Part shown: positions 1 to 9,788 of the stretch, one piece after another
Layout: each line of letters opens with the position of its first letter
How positions within the stretch are numbered: position 1 is the stretch's first letter
Virus record (IMG/VR): IMGVR_UViG_3300012921_000070
Location: 1-52,643 of that record
Length of the DNA stretch: 52,643 nucleotides
Strand: one strand, 5' to 3'
Source of the DNA: a virus
Lineage: Duplodnaviria; Caudoviricetes
Program-made: the position numbers and the translations under genes
The notes under the pieces: model-generated
Databases searched by the model: none
Seen by the model: only the letters and a program-made list of their open reading frames with translations
Told to the model about the DNA's origin: nothing

Positions 1-1236
1 CTACTTTCGGACTTTTTTCCTAGCTGATTCCATTGGGCTTTTCGGCGTTTCGGAATGACCGAATCGCTTCATGGTCGCGCGCAACACCCTTTGCTCGGTC
101 TCCTTGGCGTAGACCCGGTAGGCTGATGTGGTGTGCGTCGATAGGGCCTTGCCCTGGCCTTCGGTGAGCTCGCTTTCCTCAAGCTCGGTCATCCCGCCGT
201 GACGGGCCTTGTCGAGCGTGAAGCCGGACATGCCGAGATCGTCGGCCATTTCTCGGATCGCCTTCGGCAGCAGCGTGGTGTCGCCATAGAGCTGCCCGTC
301 GTGCTTGGTGACGATCGATAGGCCACGGCGCGGCACGGCTGCCAGGATCTTCTCCGCCTCTTCGTAGAACCTGACCACGGCACCATCGACCACGGCTTCA
401 AGCGGGTGATCGACCTCGCCGCCGTTCTTCCTGTGCCGGATCTTGATCTTTCTCGGCTCGGCGGCGGAGCGATAGTTCGTCCATGACGCATAGCCTGCCG
501 AGATCGACGACGGGCGCATCAGCCATTCAAATGCCAGGACGGCCGCTGCCCCGAGTTCGGGCTTCCCCTTCTCCACAGCGCCCCAGGCGAACCGATACGT
601 GGTCGCGCGATCGACGTGGCCCTTCTTGACCTTCTCCCTGCGACGCTTCGTCACCCCGTTCCATGGGTTCGGAACGTCTTTGCGGAACAGGGCAGGGAAG
701 TGGGGTAGCATGCGGGACCACGCCGTCTCGCAATACATCAGGGCCTTTTCCGCGGTGCGGAGCGCGCCGGCATCGGCGAAGTGCTTGTAGACCTGGTTCG
801 CCGCCTTGACGCCGAACTCCTTCACCATCCCGTCAGCGTATCGAGCGGTGGTGACCGGGCTCCTGACCTCGCACACGCGCTTTAGAATGCGCCGGTAGTC
901 CGCCCGCGACGGCTCTGCAACGCGCTCCAGGAAGGCCTCCGAAGTCAGGTAATAGTCGAGCATCCACCCGACGGCGCCATATCGGAAATGATCCTCCAGC
1001 GGCCGGGGGGTGGCGGACCGGCTGCTGTCTCGGCTTTTCACCCACTCGTCGAAGCGGTCATTCCAGATGCCCGCGGCCGCATTTAGTTGATCCTGGGCTA
1101 GGTCTACGCCAAGCGGACCCGAGTGCCATGGGCAGCCCGCCTGGCGGTAAATCTTCGGGCAGTTCCAGTAGTAGCCTATGCTGCCCGAGCGCAGGCGCTT
1201 CGGGGAGACATAGCGGGGCAGAACGATCTCGACCAT
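1..1236 (-). CDS. int: Tyrosine recombinase/phage integrase
   Basis: Catalytic pattern R (LMRPSSI), K (HRKNG), DKARHGG, H (STHTT), Y (YRVY); likely ATG at 1236 overlaps the xis stop (TAATG). Confidence 0.9.
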   Translation of the reverse strand: MVEIVLPRYVSPKRLRSGSIGYYWNCPKIYRQAGCPWHSGPLGVDLAQDQLNAAAGIWNDRFDEWVKSRDSSRSATPRPLEDHFRYGAVGWMLDYYLTSEAFLERVAEPSRADYRRILKRVCEVRSPVTTARYADGMVKEFGVKAANQVYKHFADAGALRTAEKALMYCETAWSRMLPHFPALFRKDVPNPWNGVTKRRREKVKKGHVDRATTYRFAWGAVEKGKPELGAAAVLAFEWLMRPSSISAGYASWTNYRSAAEPRKIKIRHRKNGGEVDHPLEAVVDGAVVRFYEEAEKILAAVPRRGLSIVTKHDGQLYGDTTLLPKAIREMADDLGMSGFTLDKARHGGMTELEESELTEGQGKALSTHTTSAYRVYAKETEQRVLRATMKRFGHSETPKSPMESARKKVRK

Positions 1237-1481
1237 TATTCGAGCTCGGGCGGGTCGCGTCCGTCGTCGACGTCCACGCCGATCGCCCTGTCCAGATCCA
1301 CTCTCCGCCATAGGCGCCGCCTGCCTTTGCCCGTGCCTGTGTCGACGGCCGGGGCAGGATACTCCTTCCCCACGAGACGCAGGAACGCCTCCATGGTCCG
1401 TTCGCCGACATAGGCAGCCGCGATTTCAGGCGGCATTCTGGCGGGCCAGCAACCCTCTGGGATCACGACAGGCCTACCCAT
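1236..1481 (-). CDS. Excisionase/AlpA-like wHTH protein
   Basis: 81 aa, directly upstream of int; AAAYVG...YPAP...RLWRRVDLD pattern. Confidence 0.7.
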   Translation of the reverse strand: MGRPVVIPEGCWPARMPPEIAAAYVGERTMEAFLRLVGKEYPAPAVDTGTGKGRRRLWRRVDLDRAIGVDVDDGRDPPELE

Positions 1482-1523
1482 GGACCTTATCCCCGATATC
1501 CACGATGGTCGATAGCGCCCTGG

Positions 1524-1868
1524 TCACGGCCCGTCCTCCTCTGCGGCAGGCGCCTCTCCTATGGAGCGGAGAGGCTTTCCCGTGGACTTGAGGGCGCGGA
1601 TGGCGGCGGCGCTGGCAAAGAGCGATTTCACAATGTCCGGATGACCGTTGACGTAGACGCCCTTGCCTCGCGCAACCACCTTCGCCGCCTCCTCGAACGC
1701 CTCCTCGCGGATGGCGTCCTGCTCCCGGCGCAGTTGGTCGTTCTCGGTGCGGAGGCGGGTGAGTTCATCAAGGCTTGCCCTAACCAACGCGGCGTCTGTG
1801 TAATTTCCTTCGAACTCTCGCCTATGTGCCAGCCTGGCCAGCCGGCCTACATCAACAGTCTGGGTCAT
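1524..1868 (-). CDS. Hypothetical phage protein
   Basis: Starts MTQTVDVG with RBS; coiled-coil REEAFEEAAKV. Confidence 0.6.
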   Translation of the reverse strand: MTQTVDVGRLARLAHRREFEGNYTDAALVRASLDELTRLRTENDQLRREQDAIREEAFEEAAKVVARGKGVYVNGHPDIVKSLFASAAAIRALKSTGKPLRSIGEAPAAEEDGP

Positions 1869-2307
1869 AATCTTGCCACTCCTGTTGTTCGTCCGGTTGA
1901 CCGTCATCAACGACCTTGCCTTGACGAACACAGAACTCCCCCTCGATGACGGCCAAATCGTCTTCGGTGTCAGGGACCTGATGCCCTGCTCGGTTGTATC
2001 GCGGGCGCTGCGCAGGCATTCCGTTTGATCGCCTGATCTCGGCTGCAATGATCGCTAACTTTGCCGCCGCTTTATTGCTGGCATTTGCAGCCGCTCTGTT
2101 CCATTCAAGGTCACTCTGCAATCCAGCAATGATTGCTTCTACGCCCCCTGGAGGGGGGAGAAGAGCTTGCGAAATCAAACGACGGGCGTCTTGGCTGAGC
2201 TGATCATATGATCCATCTTCGGCCGCGATGATGAGCGCCCTGCGGATCAACGCTAAGGCAGCTTCGTGTTTGGATTGATCCGATAGCAAATCCAGTTGCT
2301 CGACCAT
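1852..2307 (-). CDS. Hypothetical phage protein
   Basis: Starts MVEQLDLL, coupled to upstream stop (TGATG). Confidence 0.6.
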   Translation of the reverse strand: MVEQLDLLSDQSKHEAALALIRRALIIAAEDGSYDQLSQDARRLISQALLPPPGGVEAIIAGLQSDLEWNRAAANASNKAAAKLAIIAAEIRRSNGMPAQRPRYNRAGHQVPDTEDDLAVIEGEFCVRQGKVVDDGQPDEQQEWQDYDPDC

Positions 2308-3281
2308 CACTCCGCCTCCCGCTTCTGCTGGTAGCGGAGGGCGGCGCGGAGATCGCCGTTGGTGAGAGCGCTCCCGTGAATCGGCAAAGTGTCCATCTCT
2401 GGATAGACACCGGTCAGCCAAGGCCGATTGCTTGCTTCAATCGCAAACGGCTTCACCACCTCGTCCGCCTCTGTCAGTAGCCCGGTGAGGCGCTCAATCT
2501 CCTTCGTTGATGCATCACGCAACACTGCGAATTCGTCCGTCGCCGTAGTCAGGAGATTTGTGAGGCGAGCGTTATCGGCTTGTGAGGCAATAATCGTGTT
2601 AATATACCCCGCGCACTCTTCCGAAGTTACTGGAGAAGCGAGTTCGTGCACACCCTTATCATACCCCTGCACGAACAACGGATGTTCTTCTTCATAGAAC
2701 CCGAACACCACTTCACTGCGCGCCTCGTCCCTCTCTACCGTGAGACGTTTAATGGCGTCTCGGCGCAGTTCGGCTACTTTTCGCCAGTCAACAGGACCGC
2801 CATCAACATCGTGCAAATCGCCAATTAGCAATGTTGAAGGCGTATCAACGTAGGCATCTTCCCACGCATCTGATGGTTCATCGACAGGAGCCGGAGCGGA
2901 CGGGACAAGGGCGGAGAGGTAGGCGCGGATCGCGTTTTCGATTGCCGCGTAGAAATCGACCATATCACCCGAACGCGTTCTGCTTGCGGCTGACTGCGCC
3001 GCCTCTAGCGCCTTCCGGTCCAGTTCGCCCGGCTGGACGGCTACCGGTTCGAGAGCGGAGAAGACTCGGCGCTCATAATCGGCCTGCGCGGCGTCGTGTA
3101 GGTCTTCATCGATTCCGCTGAACACCAACACGCCGTTTAGGCGCACCTCTTTGCGCTCCGCGTCTATCGCGTAAATGCCGACTGGGTCTGCTGTTGCAGT
3201 GGCCATCAGGTCACAGAACGGCTTCCACTCCAGCGCCTTCACATTCACGCCCGGCGCTTGCCGGTTCGGTTCGTTCGTCAT
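2307..3281 (-). CDS. Hypothetical phage accessory protein
   Basis: Starts MTNEPN after GGAG RBS; VKALEW...AAQADYERR motif common in rhizobial phages. Confidence 0.65.
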   Translation of the reverse strand: MTNEPNRQAPGVNVKALEWKPFCDLMATATADPVGIYAIDAERKEVRLNGVLVFSGIDEDLHDAAQADYERRVFSALEPVAVQPGELDRKALEAAQSAASRTRSGDMVDFYAAIENAIRAYLSALVPSAPAPVDEPSDAWEDAYVDTPSTLLIGDLHDVDGGPVDWRKVAELRRDAIKRLTVERDEARSEVVFGFYEEEHPLFVQGYDKGVHELASPVTSEECAGYINTIIASQADNARLTNLLTTATDEFAVLRDASTKEIERLTGLLTEADEVVKPFAIEASNRPWLTGVYPEMDTLPIHGSALTNGDLRAALRYQQKREAE

Positions 3282-3282
3282 G

Positions 3283-3657
3283 TCAGGGCTCCACCTTTCG
3301 GAATTCGATGCGAGTGACGACGCTTTCCGGCGTGCATCCGGCATGCGAGTCGCAGAAGAACGTGATGAATTCGGATGGCCACGAGTATCGATGAGGCGGC
3401 GGGAAGCCTTCGCGGATACATTCAGCAAAACCGTATTCGAGATCGTCCGTCATGCGACGAAGCGGCTCTCTAGTCGCAGAGACGACCTCGATAACTCCGA
3501 GGCGCTCGATCTGCTCGCCAGGGCGAAGGCCCATGCCTTTCTTGACGCCGCAAAGAAGATCTCCGGCCTCAAGATTGGCCCATCCCAACCTGCGGGTGAC
3601 ATCCTTCGTCCCGGCGATGAACTGTTCCGTGGTCAGCGCGAAGGAGATGTTGCGCAT
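3283..3657 (-). CDS. ASCH/PUA-like domain protein
   Basis: GTKDVTRRLGW and ECIREGF motifs; AGGAG RBS. Confidence 0.75.
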   Translation of the reverse strand: MRNISFALTTEQFIAGTKDVTRRLGWANLEAGDLLCGVKKGMGLRPGEQIERLGVIEVVSATREPLRRMTDDLEYGFAECIREGFPPPHRYSWPSEFITFFCDSHAGCTPESVVTRIEFRKVEP

Positions 3658-3666
3658 GTCAGGCTC

Positions 3667-4158
3667 CTACGGGCGGGAGGGGAGAGGGGCCAGATACGGC
3701 CAACGTCCTGAGTTTATGTCCTCAACGATCTCCGCTTCCTCATCTGGGGTAAGCCAGGGCTCATCCGCTTGCGGAAACGGCATCCACTCGGCCACCGGAT
3801 AGGCAATCAGTCCTTCTTCGTGAGAATAATGGACAAACGAGCTGCCGTCGAAAAAGCAGGAAAAGGCCGGGAAGGAAGGTCCACAACGACCTATGAACTC
3901 GTCGCCATCCTTCGGTGCGCTCTCGATCGGCAGCCATCCCCCACCTTCCAGTGCCGCATCAATGGCGGCGAGGGCGGAGCGGGCTGTTAGAAACGCTTCG
4001 AATAGCAAGGACAATTCGACCGGCGTGCCGTCAGAGGCCACCCCTTGGACAGAGTAGACCTTGTCATTTCGGTTGAAGTTGCGGGCGAACAGTTCGCCAG
4101 CGATGATGCTGAACGGCTCCAGCGCCTTCCTTGCCTGTGCGAGTGCATCCGTGGTCAT
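3667..4158 (-). CDS. Hypothetical protein with DUF551-like C-terminus
   Basis: WLPIESAPKDG...WMPFP motif; AGGAG RBS. Confidence 0.6.
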   Translation of the reverse strand: MTTDALAQARKALEPFSIIAGELFARNFNRNDKVYSVQGVASDGTPVELSLLFEAFLTARSALAAIDAALEGGGWLPIESAPKDGDEFIGRCGPSFPAFSCFFDGSSFVHYSHEEGLIAYPVAEWMPFPQADEPWLTPDEEAEIVEDINSGRWPYLAPLPSRP

Positions 4159-4159
4159 G

Positions 4160-4507
4160 TCAGGCTCCTGATTTGGAGAGGGCGGCGGGATCGGAGTTGG
4201 TGGCCTTGGCGAGGGCAGTGCGGCCACGGGAAATCTCACCTCTTGGAGCAGGGTTGGGATAGTGATGGGAGAGTAGACTCAGGGCGTCCTTCAACGCCTC
4301 CAGCAACTCCGGCGCAGCGGCCATTATAAGAGCCAGTGCCGTCAGTTTGTCCTCGTCATGGGAGAGGACCGGCGACAGTTCGAAGACCGGCTTTCCGTAT
4401 CCTTCTTGGCTGATGTAGCCAAAGGGCATTGGTTCGCCGTCGATCGACGTTCCGTAGCCGCCATGTGGCTCGAATTTCATTCGAGAGAATTCAGGCGCCA
4501 TTTTCAT
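4160..4507 (-). CDS. Hypothetical phage protein
   Basis: AAAPELLEALK motif; coupled operon. Confidence 0.6.
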   Translation of the reverse strand: MKMAPEFSRMKFEPHGGYGTSIDGEPMPFGYISQEGYGKPVFELSPVLSHDEDKLTALALIMAAAPELLEALKDALSLLSHHYPNPAPRGEISRGRTALAKATNSDPAALSKSGA

Positions 4508-5301
4508 TCTCCTGTTCTCGCCTCTGCGTAGAGCGGGCGGGGTGCGAGCTGCTGTTCGTCGTCTGCGTCGGTTGGCTCAGGAAAGAACTCTTCCAGCCTC
4601 TTGCGCCAATAATCGCGGCTCTCGTGCCATTGCGGCCCGACCGATTCCGTCACGACAGGATCGCGGTTTTCCTTGATGTAGACGGCAAGGCGATCTGGAT
4701 GGATGTGGCGCTCTGTGAACGCCTTGGTGCGCTCTTCGTCGCCTTCCAGCTGGCGAAGCGTGTATTCGTAGATGCCCGTGTAGTGACCGAGTTCGACCGC
4801 CTTCCAGCGATAGTAATCCGTTCGGGATCGGTTGCCGTCCTCAGCTTGGTTCAGCCGCTCAACAGCGCGGTCGATCGCCTTGGCGTATATCTCGACCTGG
4901 ATTTGGGTGAGAAGCTTGCGACGGTCCTCATCCTCGACCGGGCCGGCATACCGGTTCGCCATGCATTCAACGAAGCGCTCGCGCACGCCATCGTCGCGCC
5001 AGAGACCTTCTGCAAGTTCCTCGGCAGGGACACGCCGAAGGATCAGGTCAACAAGATCCTCGATCGGAATGCGCATCTCGCCCTCGCTGAACGACATGTT
5101 CGGCATCGGGTTTTCCGACGCGCCCCACCGGTTGTAGAGATGGGAGACCTTGATCGGCTGCTCTGGATCGTCGGACACCGTGATGCCGTATCCGCCAACC
5201 TTGAAATAGCGGTCGCCGTTCACGCGTGAGTCCGGCGTCTTGATGCTGGCGCGGTTACCCCACGCGTCGTAAATCTGATGAACGGCTTCGCTCACGTTCA
5301 A
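4504..5301 (-). CDS. Hypothetical phage protein
   Basis: TTG start after GAGGAG, overlapping the HNH stop. Confidence 0.6.
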   Translation of the reverse strand: MNVSEAVHQIYDAWGNRASIKTPDSRVNGDRYFKVGGYGITVSDDPEQPIKVSHLYNRWGASENPMPNMSFSEGEMRIPIEDLVDLILRRVPAEELAEGLWRDDGVRERFVECMANRYAGPVEDEDRRKLLTQIQVEIYAKAIDRAVERLNQAEDGNRSRTDYYRWKAVELGHYTGIYEYTLRQLEGDEERTKAFTERHIHPDRLAVYIKENRDPVVTESVGPQWHESRDYWRKRLEEFFPEPTDADDEQQLAPRPLYAEARTGE

Positions 5302-5684
5302 TCTCCTCGTGACTGCCCCGCCTGCCACATCCGGTAGATGAGGCTCTGGTTCGGGGGCTGCTGTTTCTGTTGCTTCGCCGGGGCTTTGTCGCGCTTGGCC
5401 CACTGGCCTTTCGGACGTGCCGCGCCGGTATGCTTCGCCTCGCGCCGCTTGGCCTTGGCGATGGCGGGGACATCTTCCTGCCGGGTTTTCGCCTCATGGC
5501 AGCGCTTGTGCGCCGGACGGAGGTTAGCGTCGCTGTTGTCCCGCGTCAGGGCATAGGGGATGACATGCTCGATCTCCCAAGCCTCGCGAACGCCGTCGAT
5601 CTTCTGCTTGCACAGATGGCAGACGCCATTGTTCGCGGAGAAGATGCGGGTGCGATCCTTGGTCGAGAACGAGCGGCGGGCCAT
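5298..5684 (-). CDS. HNH endonuclease
   Basis: CHLC...IEHVIP...NLRPAHKRCH; start MARRSFS after GGAGG. Confidence 0.85.
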   Translation of the reverse strand: MARRSFSTKDRTRIFSANNGVCHLCKQKIDGVREAWEIEHVIPYALTRDNSDANLRPAHKRCHEAKTRQEDVPAIAKAKRREAKHTGAARPKGQWAKRDKAPAKQQKQQPPNQSLIYRMWQAGQSRGD

Positions 5685-5685
5685 G

Positions 5686-6084
5686 TCAGTCGGCCTCCGC
5701 GCAGTGAGGGCGGTTCGCCAATTCGAGCAGCACGTCTGCATGGCATGGCGCGCCGGGCTTGCACCAGCAGGCGAGGTTCCTGCCGCGCAATGCGGTGCGG
5801 ATATCTTCCGTCGTCGGCGGGGCGCCGAACTCCGGCAGTTCACCGCCAAGCCATGCATCGTAGTAGCGGACGGCCCGTTCCTGCCATGCGAGCTTGGGTG
5901 GAGCGGAACCGATCGCCCCCAGCATCCGATCCATCTCCTCAATGTCGCGTTGCGTGATCGGATTGCCCCACCTGCCGGGGCGGGAGCAGTTGACGGCCGG
6001 CAGGCCGTTGGTCGCCTGCGACAGGGCCAGCAGGTTGAAGCCCGCGCGGCGGGAGAGTTGGACGCGCACAGGTCGGTCAGCCAT
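5686..6084 (-). CDS. DUF4326 family protein
   Basis: RPGRWGNP...LRGRNLACWC...CHADVL signature. Confidence 0.85.
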   Translation of the reverse strand: MADRPVRVQLSRRAGFNLLALSQATNGLPAVNCSRPGRWGNPITQRDIEEMDRMLGAIGSAPPKLAWQERAVRYYDAWLGGELPEFGAPPTTEDIRTALRGRNLACWCKPGAPCHADVLLELANRPHCAEAD

Positions 6085-6087
6085 ATC

Positions 6088-6354
6088 TCACCCCTCCCTG
6101 CCGGCGCGGCCGGTCCAGTCGAGACCGCATTCCGCGGTTCCCCTCGGAACAACGCCGCGTAAGGCCCCATGCAGGGCGCTGCGCTTGTTGATGCGGGCTG
6201 CGTGCAGGGCGCGTGTGCACCCGCTGTCCTTTGCCCTGCGCTCTGCCTCGGCGGCCCGCGCGTAGCCGGGGATGGCGCGCTCCAATGTCCGGTCGGGGTG
6301 GGTTTGACGCCACCATGCCAGCGCGGATCTGATCATGCGGTCGAGGCGCGTCAT
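6088..6354 (-). CDS. Hypothetical phage protein
   Basis: ATGA coupling to recT stop. Confidence 0.5.
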   Translation of the reverse strand: MTRLDRMIRSALAWWRQTHPDRTLERAIPGYARAAEAERRAKDSGCTRALHAARINKRSALHGALRGVVPRGTAECGLDWTGRAGREG

Positions 6355-7502
6355 TTGATCAGCCTCCCCAGATACTCGCGCTCGGTCTCCGCTGTAGACG
6401 GGTTGGCGACGATCCGGCCGGTTGCCTCAACGCATCTCGCGATGAAATCGAGATGATCCGGTAGCTCGGCGGAGAAAGCCTCCCGAACGCGCCGCACATG
6501 CTCCCGACGCGCGTCTGTGCTCAGGTCGCCCCGCACTGCTGTCTGGATAAACTTGTCGCGGCACTCTTCCATGAGATTGCGGGCAGCGCCGTCGAGTTCG
6601 GAGACCGGAGCGGGCTCGGACTGTTCCTGCCCTTCTGCGCCAGCCTCCACCGGCTCGCCAGCCGGGGTGGAAGCGACATCGGAGGACAGGGGGACATCTT
6701 GCTCCGGTTCGCTTCCGACCGTCTCGACAGAGGGAGAGGACGACTCTGTCGAGGCGGGTTCGTGATTGGTGGGTTCCTGGCCCGCTGACAGGCCTTGCGT
6801 CTCGCGGGCGACGAAGGAGGCGTCGAAGCCTTCGCGAGTGTCGGCGGCCTCGCCTGTGGCGGCGCGGGCCGATGCGAGACGGTCGGCAAGAGAAGGGCGC
6901 GGCTCATCATCGCTGTGGTCAATCGACCGCATTTCCTCGACGTCATAGATGCCGAGAAGGATTTCGGGGCAGTGCCGGCGCGCGAAGCCGCGCAGGGAAT
7001 AGTAGGCGAGCTGCTGATCCGGATCATTCTTCCACAGCGGGGAGTTCTTCGGCGTGATCGACCCGATACGCGGGCTGCGATAGTCCCGCACCGCGCCGTC
7101 CTTGAACTCGCCGGTGACGATGCAGATACGATCTGCACCGTCGCCCTCGTATGCGATCTGCGGCCGCTGCTTGAGCGGGGCGTGAGCATTCACAATACCG
7201 GCCAGCACCTGTGCCTCGTAGGCCAGATTGTCGTTCACGAAGTAGGATTTCCGTGCCAGGGCATACGGGCTGGTCTGGAAGCGGATCGCATCGTCGATGA
7301 TGCCGAGGCAGGCGCCGGGCTGGCCGCGCAGGTGCTTCGGCACGGCGGACCCGGATACGGCCATCATCTTCGCGTATTCCATGACCTCGCCGGCATTCTG
7401 GAAGGAGATGCCGCCAGTTCCGACCGCAATGGCCGACGAGACCTGAGTGTTGATCTTCTGCTCAATGGCCGTCATGCGATCGGCCGGGACCATCTGATTC
7501 AT
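6351..7502 (-). CDS. recT: RecT-family ssDNA annealing protein
   Basis: VPKHLRGQPGAC, SPYALARKSYFVN, YEAQ, NSPLWKNDPDQQLAY, ARRHCPEILLG; next to RecE-like gene. Confidence 0.85.
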   Translation of the reverse strand: MNQMVPADRMTAIEQKINTQVSSAIAVGTGGISFQNAGEVMEYAKMMAVSGSAVPKHLRGQPGACLGIIDDAIRFQTSPYALARKSYFVNDNLAYEAQVLAGIVNAHAPLKQRPQIAYEGDGADRICIVTGEFKDGAVRDYRSPRIGSITPKNSPLWKNDPDQQLAYYSLRGFARRHCPEILLGIYDVEEMRSIDHSDDEPRPSLADRLASARAATGEAADTREGFDASFVARETQGLSAGQEPTNHEPASTESSSPSVETVGSEPEQDVPLSSDVASTPAGEPVEAGAEGQEQSEPAPVSELDGAARNLMEECRDKFIQTAVRGDLSTDARREHVRRVREAFSAELPDHLDFIARCVEATGRIVANPSTAETEREYLGRLIK

Positions 7503-7503
7503 G

Positions 7504-8190
7504 TCAGTTCGCTCCCAGGATGTGGCGGGCGGTATGCTTCTCGTCGACGCCGAGATCGGACTTGAAGGCGATCCACTGCAGGTAATCGCGGGGAAGGTCG
7601 GCCCACTTCGCGCCTCGGTGTTTGCCGAAGGTGATGGTGCGAAGGACGACCGGTGCGGCAGTGAGCTCAACCAGCCTGTCAACGCTGGTCGCGAAGATCA
7701 TCCGCGAGAGCACGTAGGCGGTGACCAGTGTATCCGGGCCGGCGCGATGGGGTGGCATCGCTGCCACAGGATCGAGCCCATCGGCATCGACGTTGAGATA
7801 GTAGCGGAGCACCTGGTTCGAATGGCCGGGCGCGTCGGGGAAAATGTGCTTGGCGCATTGGAATGTGCAGATCCATCGATGCGATCCGCCGCCGAAGAAT
7901 GCGCGCTCGAATTTGGCATTATGTGCCGCGAACACGTCATCCGGCTCCATGCCAGCCATAAGCGTCTGGCAAGCTTCGGTTGGCGATATCGCGCCCGCAA
8001 CGTCGGCGTCGCTGATGTGGTGGACCGCTCGCGTCGCTGGCGGGATCGGATGGCCGGGGTTCACCAGCGCCGAGTGAGGTCCGTGGATTGACCAATCATC
8101 GTGGATATCGGTCCAGCCGATTTCGCAGATGCCCTTGACCTCATCTTCGGGCAGGCCAGTTGTTTCGAGGTCGATGACGCGGATTTTCAT
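7504..8190 (-). CDS. DEDDh 3'-5' exonuclease, ExoX-like
   Basis: IDLETTG, AHNAKFE, HRAGPD motifs; C-terminal FGKHRG...YLQW. Confidence 0.85.
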   Translation of the reverse strand: MKIRVIDLETTGLPEDEVKGICEIGWTDIHDDWSIHGPHSALVNPGHPIPPATRAVHHISDADVAGAISPTEACQTLMAGMEPDDVFAAHNAKFERAFFGGGSHRWICTFQCAKHIFPDAPGHSNQVLRYYLNVDADGLDPVAAMPPHRAGPDTLVTAYVLSRMIFATSVDRLVELTAAPVVLRTITFGKHRGAKWADLPRDYLQWIAFKSDLGVDEKHTARHILGAN

Positions 8191-9215
8191 GCTGCCTCCT
8201 GCTGCTCAAGGAATCGGTCGATCTGCTCCTTGGCCCATGGTTTCATCTGGATGTGTCTGGTGCCGTCGTTGAACGGCCTGGCGCCGGGCCACTCGCCGGC
8301 GTCGAGGCACTGGCGGATCGTGTCGAGGCACCAGCGGATGACGCGCTCGCCCCGGTCGATCTCGTGTTCCGAGACCTCGACGTGTGCCGTGTCCGGCACG
8401 TCGTCTTTCAGCACGTAGATCAGCGCGAAGGTCTCGAACGGGATGCCGAGACCGCGGCAAACCATCCGCGTCATCGCCGCCTGCAGGTAATAACCGGCGT
8501 CGAAAATCTGGCGCTCAAGGAAATCCTCGCCGAAGTCCGAGGCGGTCTTGAGATCGGCGAAAACTCCGTCGGCATGAGGGATCGCGTCTGGCCGCGCCTT
8601 GAGCCATATCCCGGTTGCCGGGTCCTTCCAGAACATCGATCGTTCGATGCGACCGTTCAGGATGCCGGACTGGATCAGCGGATGCCGGCTGGCATCGGCA
8701 TGGATACGCCGGATCATCTCCATGTCGTCGCTGGACAGGACGGTGCGGCCGTTGACGTGCCGCTCCAGCCATTCCTTGCAGACGTTGGATTTGGCTTTCC
8801 AGGGCTTGAATTCGCCCGTCTTGGCGTCAGGGTAGGAGTCCGGCCGGACGACGAATTTCTCTTCGAACACCTCATCGCCGAGGAGCCTGGCGTGCGCTGC
8901 CTTGCCGAAGTCGAGCGCCTTGGTGGTCTTGGGCTCGACATGGTCGGGATTGTGCTTCCACCGGCCCCAGAACGCTTTCGGGCTGCCGCCATGGGCCGGG
9001 ATGAGCCACTTCAACGCGCTCTTGGACACGGACGGCCCGTCGAGAAGATCGACCTTGCTGTGGTAGTCGTCTAGGCTGATGCCGCTCCACACACCAGGTT
9101 CCGAGATTGTCTCGCCAGTCCACCGGCGTTCCCCGCGCGCGCCGCGCACCACGCGCTCGGCAACGGCGCCGATCGGCTCGAACGCATCTCGGTCGATGTC
9201 CACATGTCGGGTCAT
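8187..9215 (-). CDS. RecE-like PD-(D/E)XK exonuclease (DUF3799)
   Basis: YH...SKSAL, FGKAAH, KARPD...ADLKT, GYYLQAA. Confidence 0.85.
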   Translation of the reverse strand: MTRHVDIDRDAFEPIGAVAERVVRGARGERRWTGETISEPGVWSGISLDDYHSKVDLLDGPSVSKSALKWLIPAHGGSPKAFWGRWKHNPDHVEPKTTKALDFGKAAHARLLGDEVFEEKFVVRPDSYPDAKTGEFKPWKAKSNVCKEWLERHVNGRTVLSSDDMEMIRRIHADASRHPLIQSGILNGRIERSMFWKDPATGIWLKARPDAIPHADGVFADLKTASDFGEDFLERQIFDAGYYLQAAMTRMVCRGLGIPFETFALIYVLKDDVPDTAHVEVSEHEIDRGERVIRWCLDTIRQCLDAGEWPGARPFNDGTRHIQMKPWAKEQIDRFLEQQEAA

Positions 9216-9397
9216 GCCGCGTTCCTCCGATCGAACAGCCGGTCGAGATCGGCCTTTGCCAGAGCGCGCCGCTCCGGGTCCTCGTCGTGCTTCAGCGCCT
9301 GTTCGATTTCGTGCAGCCGGTCGCGGATCGCTTTGCCTGCGAGTTCATCGCCGAGGGCCGCTGCGGCGCGGGCGATATGGGTGAGCTCGTCGATCAT
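9212..9397 (-). CDS. Hypothetical protein
   Basis: Coupled ATGA junctions on both sides. Confidence 0.55.
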   Translation of the reverse strand: MIDELTHIARAAAALGDELAGKAIRDRLHEIEQALKHDEDPERRALAKADLDRLFDRRNAA

Positions 9398-9666
9398 GAC
9401 GCGTCACTGCCTTTCTCGCGGGCGGCGATCATGGCGTCGGCGTATCGATATGCACCCCGCGCAACGCTAAGCAGAAAGGCTTCGTCAGATAGCGGGTCAT
9501 CGCCGCTATTTAGATGGTCCATAAGGTTCGCGTTGGCCGTTAAACCAGCGATTGCCTGCCCCGCGAGCCAGTCGCGCAGCGACATGCCGTTCGTCTGCAT
9601 ATCCGTGCAGTTCGGGTGAACTGCTGCAAACGGAAACGCTGGCCCACCGTCATTGATCGTGCTCAC
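9394..9666 (-). CDS. Hypothetical phage protein (GGPAFP...GMSLRDW family)
   Basis: DGGPAFP, GMSLRDWLAGQA, AYRYADAMIAAR; GTG start. Confidence 0.7.
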   Translation of the reverse strand: MSTINDGGPAFPFAAVHPNCTDMQTNGMSLRDWLAGQAIAGLTANANLMDHLNSGDDPLSDEAFLLSVARGAYRYADAMIAAREKGSDAS

Positions 9667-9788
9667 AGCGGTTCTCCCAAGATGATGCGCGCCCTGGCAA
9701 TCCAGCCGATGGTGAGCGCGATGTATGTGCTGGGATGAGCGGCAAGCCACTCAAAGGCGGCGTGGAGGAGAGCGTCGGGGGAGGTCAA
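9663..9788 (-). CDS. Small hydrophobic protein (41 aa), not in ORF track
   Basis: TTG start coupled to upstream stop; MTSPDALLHAAFEWLAAHPSTYIALTIGWIARARIILGEPL; fills operon gap exactly. Confidence 0.5.
   Translation of the reverse strand: MTSPDALLHAAFEWLAAHPSTYIALTIGWIARARIILGEPL

Noticed and set aside
1237-1311. N-terminal extensions in the ORF track (int, recT, HNH, cI, cro, MTase, dnaB)
   Set aside because: They overlap upstream genes or operators; downstream starts with RBS or stop-start coupling fit better
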